Part shown: piece by piece, positions 28,319 through 41,500 of the stretch
Position numbering within the stretch: the first letter of the stretch is position 1
Layout: each line of letters starts with the position of its first letter
Assembly: GCF_000150275.1 (NCBI RefSeq)
Contig: NW_002060946.1
Location: 5,103,454 to 5,167,453, forward strand
Length of the DNA: 64,000 nt
DNA from: Trichoplax adhaerens
Taxonomy: Eukaryota; Animalia; Placozoa
Direction of reading: 5' to 3'
Notes under the pieces: model-generated
What the model saw: the letters and a program-made list of their open reading frames with translations, nothing else
Database searches by the model: none
Told to the model about the DNA's origin: nothing
Translations under genes and position numbers: made by a program

Positions 28319-30218
28319 TAGAATAGCAACATTGTCCAATTCGATGATGGCATTGATAACTCATTTATAAATACAAAATACTACTAGCTAGTTAGTACCT
28401 TTAGCATTGATCTTTCACATTGCACGTGATTGATTTAATGTACAGAATCGCCATTCTTGTTGTCATCATATTATTACAGTGCTATTGCCTACTTGGCACT
28501 ATTGTATCGGAGAAGGCATCGTATTTGTCCCTGTAGTATTCAACGAATGGCAAATGCATTCAAATTGACTATACAAATAATTGAAATTACTTTATCGGCA
28601 GGGCTTTTGTGACCTTCAAAGGAAAAAAAAAAAACATGACCGGTTTGTAATTCTTGTCATTGCAACTCTGTCATGGGATATTATTGCATCATCTCAGCAA
28701 GTAGAGGCCAACAACATCCCACGCCAACATTTCAACGAAAGTAGATGTACAACTAGGGCGGCATTGTGGATACAGTATGTCATGGAAAACGCCGGTACTA
28801 TAGGCATGGTAGTACAACCGGCACTGGCAAACAAATCAACAATGTCAACAGCAAAAACAGTAGCAAACGGTCAAATTCCTTAAAGCCATAGTAGATCGTC
28901 AATACTGCTTTGAAGAGTCATGAGTCGACTGCATTCGACAACTGGATGTGCATCATTGTAGCCATGATCTTTTTTTGGTAGCAAAATGAAAACAAGGCGA
29001 TACTCTTGCAACTTTGCAACCTACTGTCATGTCGCTACAAATGGTTTAGGCTTACCAAGGTGGTCGATGATGGCAGTCAAAAAGTCCAACAACAAAATCC
29101 ACCCGTGGCGATCATCAAGAATAGACTATCCTTTTGTACCTAGAATACTACTGTCATTGGCTTAGTAGTTTAATCCTTGTCCTTAGGGACTACAACATTT
29201 CATGATACCCTATGCTATGACTGGCTTGGGTAATTGTTCAGCTTGATCTTGCCAGTGAGAATCAATTCTCTACGGCAGTTTCATGAGTAACGGCTAATTG
29301 ACAGCATTTTGTGCAGTAGGTACTTTGTAGTGTTTTACAAGGACTGAGCAATTGGATAACTATGATGATGCAAGGCAGTGGTAATATAATGTTCAATCAA
29401 TCCGTTTCAAGCCAGTTGTCATTGTCAAATAGTGAGGGAATGATTGAGTTGGCATGGTAGTCGATGAATTTTGATTGACTGTTTTGAAAGATAGATTGCT
29501 TAGCATTGTAAAGTCACTCATTCTAAAATGATTGATTCATGGATAGAAAAGGGATACAGTACGTGTGTAGTTGTAAAAAGAATGCAAGAGTCGATCTGGA
29601 GTCAGCTAGTACGTTTCAAGTGGGAAAATGTGGGAAAGCTTGTTGACGAGCCCTTTTCACCATTGACTGCAAACTGTAGTGTAGTCCTATTCGATTTACT
29701 ATCATGCAAGTGCATGCATGTTGTCTAATTTGCCCAATGCAATAATAAGCCGATTATCATAACAACATTGATCAAGGCAATTCTAAACACAATTCTATGT
29801 AGGATAATGGAACGTGACACAATGTGCATGAAAGAGAAAATTCAAGATTGAAATGGATGAGAATAGGCTAAAGTCGGGCATAACTTACCTCGTTTGCCCA
29901 AACTCTCCAATCAATGTGGGTATGGACCACAAATGGTGTTGGCGCTATACCAGGAGAACTGGTGGCCGATTTGCGATTGCCAATGGCTGTAATAATAATT
30001 TATGGATCAACAGCCTGCGCTTTATCGCAGGATGGATGCGAAATTGGTTGAGTTTGTTCAAGACCTAGATTAAGTAGGAGAAAAAAATAAAAAAAATTGT
30101 CCATCAAAATGGAGTGTTGAAGAATGACGACGATGTTGTTGTATGCAATGCGATGAAATAATGGACGTCGAATCAAGATGTCCAGTCGGATTTTTCTGCT
30201 GATGGATTGAGTCAATCC

Positions 30219-30241
30219 ATCTCTCTCTCTCTCTCTCTCTT
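30219..30241. repeat. (TC)n microsatellite
   Basis: Directly visible. Confidence 0.9.
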
Positions 30242-30589
30242 GTAGAATGCAATAGAAAACTCTGACTGTTATGATCGGATTGGCCTACTGTACTCTACTG
30301 TTGTAGAAAGAAAATATTTGTATCGGATGAAGACGGTGTGGCAACAAAGAAATTATGTTTGAAAACTCTTTTCAAAATGAGCAAGTCCCAAGCCCAACTG
30401 TTTGCTTGGATTAGCCTTGATCTCAACCAACACAATCACCTCTTACCAATCATTTACCTCAAGAATCGACTGCAATGGGCCAACCAAGAGGGTATTCCAA
30501 CTGCACTTAGCTTCCAACTAAGTCAATCTACAGCAAGATTTGACTTCTATTTCCAGCAAAGGTTTTGAATCCCTTTTTAATGGCTGCTT

Positions 30590-30961
30590 CTCCAAGTCCG
30601 CCTTTCCTCTCCAACTGGGGGGGTAAACTTGTCACCGGGTGGCCACCACACTCTACCATAGTACATGGTATGCTGGCTAGCGGGTATACTAACCCTTGTA
30701 AACCAGTGGGTTCCCCTGGTGGTCCAGGATGGGTGAGATCACGTGGCTTGTCAGTCAACAATAGAAGCAAGCCAACCCTTGAAGGGAAGCTAACCCATAC
30801 CATACCGACGGCCTCAGTCTGAAGCTGTCGTTGCGAAGAGATGGAGGTTATGCTGATACACCGAATGGACGACGTTGCTCTTGATTGATTGATTGCACTC
30901 CGTGAAACACGATACCACCTTAGCTTCAACCCTCCGTCCAGGTGTACCACCAGGTTGGACG
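30590..30961. other. GC-rich hairpin-dense element (putative structured RNA or SINE-like retroelement)
   Basis: About 52-57% GC in the lines I counted, against an AT-rich background. At least seven local stems are visible, plus an internal (TTGA)n run and a following (AATT)n tail. Confidence 0.45.
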
Positions 30962-30966
30962 TTCTT

Positions 30967-31020
30967 CAATTCAATTCAATTTAATGAATGAATTAATTAA
31001 TTAATTAATTAATTAATTGA
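30967..31020. repeat. (CAATT)/(AATT)n microsatellite
   Basis: Directly visible. Confidence 0.9.
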
Positions 31021-31029
31021 ATTGCTGGC

Positions 31030-31440
31030 AAGGCCATGGACCGTACGGTCGAGGCACAAATCAGCCACCAAAAGAAGCGGGAGATGGCATGGCCATGGAC
31101 TGCATAAAATGAAACGATGGCATGGCCATGGACTACAAGAAATGAAACGATGGCATGGTCATTAATGGTCATGCACTACAAAAAATGAAACTACGGCATG
31201 GTCATACACTACAAGACTAAAACCATGGCATGGTCAATTAATTATACACTACAAAGACTAAAACCATGGCATGGTCAATGGATCATGCACTACAACAAAT
31301 AAAACCATGGCATGGTCAATGGATCATGCACTACAACAAATAAAACCATGGCATGGTCAATGGATCATGCACTACTTAAAATAAAACCATGCCATGGTCA
31401 ATCAATCATGCACTACTAAAAATAAAACCATGACATGGCT
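31030..31440. repeat. CCATGG-rich minisatellite, ~30-42 bp unit, ~11 copies
   Basis: 'aaaccatggcatggtcaatggatcatgcactacaacaaat' and shorter variants. Confidence 0.93.
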
Positions 31441-31586
31441 TCCATTCAAAACCCTGACAGCTTCAGAGGCTCTTTGCCTTGCTGTTCAGGGTCGGAGCGA
31501 TGACATTGATCANAGGCTACATGAAAAGAACTCATCCAGAAGCAGAGGGCTGAATGGGTGCTTGTCAATCCGTTAAGGACAGATGC

Positions 31587-31684
31587 NNNNNNNNNNNNNN
31601 NNNNNNNNNNNNNNNNNNNNNNNNNNNNNNNNNNNNNNNNNNNNNNNNNNNNNNNNNNNNNNNNNNNNNNNNNNNNNNNNNNNN
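31587..31684. other. Assembly gap (98 N)
   Basis: Run of n; a single n also occurs at 31513. Confidence 0.99.
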
Positions 31685-34600
31685 CAAGATTCGTTGTTGC
31701 TGCAATATTTGGATGATGCAACACTGTTGAAATTTCGCTTCCAATACTACACCAAATAGACGTAGTTGCAATAAAATATTGCAGACAGAATAGAAATCCC
31801 ATGTTAACCACTCGTTCAGCTCTCAGTACATGATTGATTGCACAAAATACACAACGAACGATAACTTGCTCATTTCACACTGCTTTACCGTACAGTATTA
31901 TCGTTCCAGGAAGCTGCAGATGCTCCAATAATCAATTGCAAGAGATGACCAATTGATCATGCCTTTTAATTCTATACCGTAGAATAAACCTATTTTATGG
32001 AGGCTACGATTATCATGACTAGCCCAACCCTCGCTCGTAATACTCTGCGTACTATCAACTTACTCTTTTTCTTACAAAGGAGATCATGGACAACGGAACG
32101 TTCTCCCTGTGATTACTGTTACTTATTTTACCAGCTGTAATTGCTCAACAAAATAGTTTGTAGAGGATGCATGCTTGAATATCTGGACATGTTTATGTTC
32201 ATTTATACTAATAATGAGGCTTGTCCAACTCCATTCCGAATTGGATAGATCAAGTTATTCCTTCATCGATGCAGGAACTTGACACCTGACATAATCAACC
32301 ACAACCGTGTTTTCCTTAATAATAATAATTAAAAGATACAACTGCATTGACAGACGACAGTAGGAATACATTATATCAACAGCGATACTGCGGTACACCA
32401 TCGTTGCCATTGCATTACAACTTTTACCTGAAAATGAATGATGTAAACTTGCTATGGTTATTGAAATAAGATTGAGAAATTAAAAATAGAAGCATATACC
32501 GGTACATATGATTTGCTACATTATACAGAACTCGTATTCTTATTTAATTTTCTTCTACTTTTTTTATTTGTATATAAAAAAGTGATTCAGCAATAAACGT
32601 GAGCAATGAATGAAGATGAAATAAATCTTAAATTTTAGGGATAGCAACAATTTCGCCCTAAGGAGTCAAACCGGCTCCTCAATTTAATATCCATACCATT
32701 TCATAATCATGAAAGGGTGTTTGGCTTATTAATTAAGTGATTCAAGACAATCGCTTAAAACTGGACTATTTGCCACTGTGCACTTATGTTTCCAACAGAT
32801 TACCTTGCCTATAAACATTTATAACATGCACAAACAAAACAATCAATAGAATTGCAAATAGTATTTATTAACCTTAATTGATTGCGATGATATCATGCCA
32901 TGAAATAATTTAAGCGTTCAGATAGGGTCGTACGCGTACGATTCCATAAGCAAATATCAATTATTAGCAAGTCAATTGTTTCACGCACAGTCTCCTAGTA
33001 GTCTAGTACCACATCAAGAGGCAAAGACTTGCATAAATCCGTGTACTAATTTATCCAAAACTTATATCAACGCAAAGAACTATATTAACATTGATGATTT
33101 TGCGGTACACAACCGTAAATAATTAATCGAAGGTAACAGTTGAACTCGGCAGCAAAAGGTCGGCGTGATATGACTCAGCCTCCTACTATACCCGAGTACA
33201 CTCCCAGATAGTCAATAAATTAATCCAAAATATCTGTATTTAAATCTCCACCAATCTCTTTTTTATTTCTTTATTATAGACCATAGCTATGTCTATTTTT
33301 TAAAATTATGAACCTTTTGCGTTTGATATATCTCGACTCGTTTTTAACTATTTGACAGGCTCGACCTAAAAAATAATGGCAGATCGATGTGAAAAATCTA
33401 CCCTTAGCATGTGCATTGTGCAATGACGCCATGCCTAACAAGGTTGCAGGAAACAACACTAATTGTTCCCAGAAATAATTTTTAGTTTATTTTAGCAAAT
33501 GAATCATTGCTTACAATATCGCTTTTATGACCGATCCATTCGGTAAAGTAGAATTGGCCGGACATAAGGAATTGTAGTTAATTTTAAATTAAAGAACTAA
33601 CAATCAACGTTGTAAAATAAATTTCGATAGCCTTAATTCCAAGCGAGTATATTTTTACATGATTTATACTGCTGTGTAGAATCAAGTACGAACTTTGTAA
33701 TAAGATACTGAGAGTGGCATTGCTAAGCTAAGAAACAATGAAAGGATAACATACGTAGTAGTTCTGACATCAGAATCAGTGCTTGAATTCTGTAGATGCA
33801 ATCCATAAATAGAAGATAGCAGGTGTGGTGTTTATAAGTGTTGTATAATTAATCTATTAGCAATTGAAAAATAGACAAGGTACGAGTGTTTATTATAATA
33901 AATAGGTAGTGCACGTACACGAGTATTCAACACGGCACACCATTTTGGATGTTGATCTTGGAATGAATTATGATAATCTTATACCGTACTGAATATAACT
34001 TTACATTATTTCAGAATTAAACTTAAAATAAAACTTGCATTATTTTCACCGGCACATTTAGTAATTATTATCTTACAATGATATGATTACGACATAATTC
34101 CGGTATCAGATGTACTCGTTAATATTACGTAAGATTTTCAAATGTTTAGCTGTTTTGGCCGTGGAAAACGATTGGTTGTGATCCGGTTTTTTAGTACAAC
34201 CGACTAGTCAGTATAAATCTAGTATCATGTTAAAGTTTAACCTTCGAGATCTAGAACCTTGTAATCTCTACAGCCCCTTTAAATGCGAATGGCAGACTAC
34301 CTACGCCCTGATGTATTAAAAAAGGAATGTAGATATAATCCGTTATTAATAAATAACTGAATCTGCATTTTATGTAACTCCAATGTTCACATAAAAACAA
34401 CTTTATTCTTCTTCAACTTTTGCCAAAGTTATCAAACTTTATAATAGCGCTAATAAAAAATTGTCACAATGAATGGCGTCTATCAAATAGATATATTGTA
34501 GAAATAAGTTGCGTGCATTGAATACATTCTAAATAGAACGCTAAACAACCGTTTAATTCTGATAGCTTCTATAGCATAATAGTACAGGTACTTTAGTTGA

Positions 34601-37600
34601 CAAAGGCTAATCTTCATTATAACTGTTATTAATAGACAAATGAAAAAAAAACTCTATATTTGATTGTTAGTCTATTGAGAAGTACCGCCCTATGGATTTT
34701 ATGTAACTATCTTATTATCTGAGTTTCTATTATTTAGAATAATTGCACTGTATCGACGGATTTATAATGGCTAATAAGAGCCATTTCAAATTCTATTTTT
34801 GTACCCTGAATCAAGATTCATCATAAGTGTTTATTATTGTAGCCGGAAAAGATAGAAATGTGTTCATTCGTTGAATACGGCAACATTTTACTGCATTGAG
34901 AATTGGATGGCTTGGAAATTTTGTTTGTTGAAATGAATTACTGACTGACTGACATTTTAAGCATGATGCAATCAAGAAATTAGGCTGTAGGTTAGGCCAG
35001 TACTTCCTCATACAGTTGAATATGTCAATAACGTAACGTAAGAAAATGCACCGTATTATTCTTTCTTATACTAGCAATCTCTATACGTTCCATCCTGATA
35101 TGAATAACGGATTAATGCCGTAGTGAACGTTGAGTCTAGATGTCTAATAGAATTTCTTTCAATTTTATCTTTTACAACTATGGCATAGGCAGGTAATATG
35201 AAATTGGCTTTGTCAACCATAAAAGCTGTGATAGAAATAGTATAGTCATGACTATCAATCAATACTTGAATAACTTCACTTTCTAATTTGAACATCTGGA
35301 ATGGCAATAACTAGCGTGGGCACAAGCTACGTATTAACAGATTACTTGCATAGAAAAATATGGTTGCATAATTTTTATATCTTGTATTTACCAGATAACC
35401 TTTACAACTATTATTCATATTACTCATTTTTTAATCATTATCGTCATCATCGCTATCTTATTATTGATTTAGGTATATGCAGATAGCTGTTTCTGTATTA
35501 TTAATTCATCAAAAACAATCCGGAACTTCAATTATTGTTTTTTGTATGCATAATTTGCATTCCGCACGACAAAGAATAACGTAAACAAAAATATTTAAAA
35601 TTGAACTTTTGGATGCATATAACCATTTAATCAATTAGAATAGTATAAATTATTCTACACCGAAATGAATTTTTTAAGCGACTAATGGAGATATCGTACT
35701 ATTTTCAAAGAAAATAATCTTTTGAAAGTGTTGCTTGTTTGCATAGAATCTATTAAATCACCGTTGCTGTACGTAAAAGTTGAACTATGATCCTGTCGTT
35801 TTATTGGTTGAGAATGCCAGGTTAATTTACTTTTATTAAATATGAGTAATTCAATAAAATACATTAGTAAGAAATGGTATAGATGAAAGAAAAATTGCAC
35901 GTAAGACTCCAAAGTTAAATGATGTTCGACTCTATAAACTACCATATAAAGATTCGTTGATAAACAGTTTTGAGTAATACAGCTCTTTGGAGAGCTACTT
36001 CTGTAGGAAAATAAGCTCTATAGTGAGACCCCCCCCAGTAATCATGAGGAAGATGGCGGCACTAGACCTAAATGGGCTAGTGATGTCAAGGATTACATTT
36101 AGGCATTAAGGTAGTGATATGCCATTATCTTTAGGAAGAAGTTAGGTCGATAGCCAGAAAGCTAGCTACGTATAGTTATGTGGTCCAAGCTTTACTACTG
36201 TAATATTAAACAAAAATTTTTGATGTATTATTTTTAAATATTAAACAAGAATATTTTATGTATTATTTTTAGCCATCGCTAAGGATTAGTTCAAAACAAG
36301 GCTAGATGGAGGACTTTATTACAACTACAGTACTTTGAAGCAAATCTTACTCTACTGGCTAATAGTGTTCTACTAGTATTTACTTATATAGTAAAATAAT
36401 ATAATTAAAAGAAAAGCATCACGTTAAACAAAAATGAATTAAATTCAGACTACTACCTACGTATATTCAGGAAATAAACTAAAAATAAGCAACAGTAATC
36501 GATAACATCTATGTCCTAATAGCGATTAAGAACGACTGCAATCAATCAATCTAGTCTGTTATTTCATGCTCAAATATAAATTAAGTTGAAATGAATGATA
36601 AGATTGCGGATAATGAAATAATTTTATCACAGACTTCACTAGTAAGGTAAAACTAGAATAGACTACCGGTACTAGAGTTTCAACTTATTGACTATCTGTC
36701 ACTTTGCTGTTAAATAATCAAGCTAATATAAATGCATCTAATACTGATATAATATTCAAATATACATTCTTTTAAAGAAATTAAAAAAAAAACAGCAGTA
36801 AATAAAGGTTGGTTTGTTTATGTGATTACTGACTACTTGAGAAACAGCGTTAATTATTTAGCTATATTGATATAAAGACTTCAATATTAATGTGTTACAT
36901 AATTCGATCTATTTTTAAACTATTCATCTTCGATCCATTGATCGTATACGATAAGAATTGTGTCTAAATCCACATTTAACCAGCATTTTCTCTCTATTAC
37001 CTATCGAATACGAGTTATCATCTACAGCAATGTTATTTTCGTATCAGATATTTTGATAAATGCATAAATGAAATTTATTGCTAAAGAATACTTATATGTA
37101 CTACTGTAATTATCTCATAGGCTAGCATTCATAAGTAGTACTGTAGTATTTTGTAGTCTAATTCACGCTCTAAGATTTTCCAGTATCTCTCCTAAATATA
37201 ATCAAATAGTAGTTCATTCATTCTTATATTGTTTCATCGTCTAATGCCTTATCAAAAGAGTGCAGATGGTTGTACTATAATGCTATACATGAGAGATTTT
37301 ATTAAACTAGTAGAAGATATACCTGACAACTGTTCATATTCTGCTATGTGACAAATTATCTTTAGTATTAAATTATCGCAGATCAGCAGGCATCTGAAGT
37401 TACGTTATCATTTTGAGGTTGTGTTTGTTGATTATGTCTGTTTATACGCAGCTTAAGTACACATTTTAAGATTTATCGTTTGCCATGGTAGTAAAAACCT
37501 CAATGAAAAATGATAAAATGCGAATATAGCCTTTTGATCAAGAGATAGCTTCCGTCTTGCTTTATTGGTACAAGTATAGCAATCGAATTTTTGAATTTAA

Positions 37601-38507
37601 AGACTACTAGCGCCCTTAAGAAATAGATAGTGACAGTTTGAACCATTAATTTACTTATTATGAGTATTCATAACTCCTATAATTCAATGCGAGATTGATC
37701 TCGCTTGTGTAGGTGCAGGACTGTTACTAATTTATCAACTGTAGCCAAATTTCTTTAAAACAGGAAACCCTTCAATGTACAAAAAATTACCGTCGATACC
37801 CCTTTTATAAACTGAGGTTAACATTTTTACATCTTCAATCGTATCCAGTAATTGCAAAATATTATTTGTAGTATCCAATCACCCCTCTCCTATTTGCGTC
37901 ACATTAACATTAACTGTATTCATGTTCGAAGCACATTACGCTTAGACATATAATTAGAATTTTAATACGATAATTATAAAAGTAAAATTCTTTTAACTTT
38001 TTCGCTGTTAAATAAAAATGCACCATTACTAGCGTAAATGATTATAATTAAGCTATCTATAATCTATTAAATTAGCGTACATTCTTCAAGTCGCCAAATC
38101 AACATATGTATGCTCAAATATCTATATGGAACTAAATTATATAGAATCTTGATATCAACAACCAATAAACAATAGTTTATAGAAAACCGTATTAAAAAAA
38201 TATCAAGTAAATTTTATTGAATTAAGTAATACTAGAAATACAAGAATCTATAACCACATGAAATTTAGATCGTTGTTGAATGATATGCTTATTTTAAATA
38301 CTGTAGTTAGGATTATCATTTAAATATGCCAGGATGAAAATCCAACATTGAATTTGATAACATTACCACTATAAGTATTAAGTAGACTGATCAGAGCAAT
38401 GTTAGCTACCCATATTCCAATAAGTCATTGAGTATATATCGCCAAAGGTTGCCCAATGGGTATTGCTTCTTAATTATATTGTACTAGTTTCCACACAGTT
38501 GTCGTTA

Positions 38508-41500
38508 CTATATTACTGTTTCCTTCTTACCCCCTGAATTTTCCCTTCTCGCCTTAAAATAGTGGATAAGCGTTGTTACGGGTATTGTGAAAATTGGTAG
38601 CAATATGACGCAAATCATAAATGCGGTTAGCCATCCTGGATACGGCATTGATCCTCCAGTAGCCTAAATAACCAAAAAATTTTAAAATTTATTACTTTAC
38701 TTTTAATTTGCAACCGTATACACTATTCGTAAGAATTGGCGCGAACTTGTTCAGTCTGAAGTAATATCTCATATAATATAGCTTAGAGTTTAATCAATTT
38801 ATTACATCACCCAGTCATTACCGTTTCTCTAGACCAGGTACTGTATTTTAAAGTCGTCTGAGCCAGCTTAACGACAGTAGCAATTAGAACAGCAATGATT
38901 GACACTGGCGTTATAAAATACCAACAAGCTTTCCAGTACCAATTAGGCTGAGATCCAGTCATGTACTCAATATCATCACAGAATCTGAAAACGATAGAAA
39001 TACTTGTAATACCATGCCTAATTGATGTCAGATATATAGTACTGTAATTGCAATCTTAAACGATGGATCATAAAAGCAAAACAAAAAACTGCTATCCGAA
39101 GATGAAATAATTTTAGATTGCTGATCGAAAATAACATAGCAAGTACCCTTACAGTGCTCATAAAATGTGCATTTAACCAGCTCACCTTTTCATACCATAA
39201 GCAAATAAAATTCCGGTTACTTCACATAATGCGATAACAAGTAACGGAATCGGTAGGCTCATAGCATCAAAGACTTCCACAAAATAAAGACCCGAGCGTT
39301 GTGTGAAAATGAAGCCAAAGAAAAATAGACCGATGCACATTACACCTGTATTGAAAATATGACGGCTAGTTAGGTATAGTTAGAATTATATCAATATCTA
39401 GAGAAAATTTCGCATAATACTTTGATATCACAAAGTATGCAAGAGGAACTTTTTTATGCAGTGCAAACATTTCGCCAAATCTTATTTTGGAATTTTATTT
39501 CGAGCTTACACGCACACATAAGGCTAGCGTAATACAAATTCTACTGTACCTGCAAGAATTTCTTTCCTAACATTTCTAAAGTATGAAGAGTCGGAGAGGG
39601 TTGTAAGAATTGTTTCTAGTGCACCAAAAATACTGTCAATACCAAGAGTTAACAACATGAAATAAAATATTATGGACCAAAATTGTGGAGGAGAGAAGCC
39701 AGCAACAATATCGGCAAAAACAATAAATACGAGACCTGGACCGCTACCGACCTTTATATAATTCATGTTTAAAATTTAAAAATAGTAATATTAGCACCGT
39801 TTTCTGATACTATCGATGTTGTTATTACAAAAGTAAATACCGAGTTGAGATAGTCAGCAATTTTGCATTTATTCAAAGCAGCTTCCATGCCCATCGTTGC
39901 ATTAACTGAACTTATACACGCATCATATTTAGTAGTAGCCATATGACCCAGCACGGAAAATACAACAACAGCAGCAAAAAGCGAAGTACAACAGTTGACT
40001 AGCGATACACAAACTGCATCTCTTCCACATTTATTCTTGACTGGATTATAACTAGCAAAAGCTATTAGTGAACCGAAACCAGCACCAAGAGAATAAAATA
40101 TTTGTGTTGCAGCATCTAACCAAACTATAGGGTCTCGCAGCTTATCAAACTAGTCCATGTCAATATGTTAACAAAAGTAATCAAAAAATTTTATTTCGAA
40201 TTAGTTAATTAGTCTAATTAGATGTCCTAGGTATGCTTTACGCTATACCCTAAGATATATTATAATCCTCTACGAAACTTACATTAGGCGTTACTAAATG
40301 CAATAAGCCATTTCCAAATCCATGCAATGTAAATCCACGAATCATAAAAATGAATAATACCAAATACGGAAATGTTGCAGTAAAGTATACAACCTAAACG
40401 TAGGATACAAAGGTAACGTTTTATACTGGTCAGTTCTGAACTCTAAATGTTATTAAATAGCATTAATAATATGGTATAGGAATTAGCTTTATCTGTGTTG
40501 ATAAATTAATGGTAATACCTTTCCAGATGATTTGATACCCTTTAGGATACTCAAGTAACTTATAGCCCAACCACCTAGCATGCATAAAGTTAATTTCCAG
40601 TATAAACCACCACTGGTATTAATGTTGTTGGAAATATCGTTTACTTCACGGAAGAAAAAGTATACAACAGGGCTACTTTTTGCACATTCTCGAATAGGAA
40701 GTGTAATATTCGATAGGGGATCAGGTGAAGCATACGTGGGACAGCGGCTCCACGGTAAAACTGCTTGGAAAGAACTAAATAAATAGAATAAGCAGTACGC
40801 AATGATGATGATATAATAGGACGCGGCCACAATAGATACCATTAAGCCAGCTATTCCAACACCTTTCCATTTTGGAGAAATAATCTTCCAGGAGCCGACA
40901 GGACCTTTGCGTAGTCTTTGACCAATAGCCAACTCCAAGTGAAAAATAGGTATTCCCTCGATGATCAACATAATGAAGTACGGAATGAGGAAAGCACCTG
41001 AAAAAATCGTTTACCGGAGTTTGAAATTTTTTACATACTAAACATGATTTCATTTATTATTGTAGTTCAAATTAAAATTTGAAATAATAGTCAACGAAAA
41101 ATTGAACAGAAAAGTGCTATATTTCGGTATAGGTAAGACTTTTAATTTCGATTAATTGAGCTACGAGTAGGTAGTACAAAATTCAATAATTTTTGCGCTT
41201 CCAGCAGCAAATAATTTGGATGGATACATAAAATCACTTTAAAGTTACACTAAACATATTATACAAAATCGTGTATATCAATGATAATAAGTATACACGC
41301 TTTGAATTCCTCCAAGTCATTTAGAAGAGCTTCAGCTTTAATTTACTACTGCGGTGGTTATAATTAACAAATTTGAGGATATAAAAGTTCAAATACCTCC
41401 GCCGTTCTTCTGTACCAGGTAAGGAAACCTCCAAACATTTCCTAGACCGACGGCAAAGCCAATAGTAGCCAATAAAAATTGGACTTTATTATCCCAACGT

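Noticed and set aside
25996-28353. ORFs 25996-26232, 27162-27365, 27758-27958 and 28147-28353
   Set aside because: They are translations of tandem repeat units whose indels break the frame between copies.
30689-30696. CTAACCCT as a telomerase RNA template inside the structured element
   Set aside because: It is paired in a GGGT/ACCC hairpin, and I see no downstream U-rich/A-rich pseudoknot, P6.1 or H/ACA signature.
30590-30961. HDV-like or hammerhead ribozyme, SRP, RNase P/MRP or rRNA identity for the GC-rich element
   Set aside because: I could not fit the P1-P4 topology or a CUGANGA core by eye, and the conserved boxes of those RNAs are absent. A covariance-model search is needed.
31030-31440. 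CRISPR-like array
   Set aside because: The units are contiguous with no unique spacers, there are no cas genes, and the context is eukaryotic. It is a minisatellite.
31441-31811. ORFs spanning or adjacent to the N gap
   Set aside because: They are open only because of Ns, and the contig end is low quality.
34811-35307. Minus-strand ORFs 34811-35011 and 35071-35307 as a gene or TE remnant
   Set aside because: No recognisable domain or consistent splice structure.
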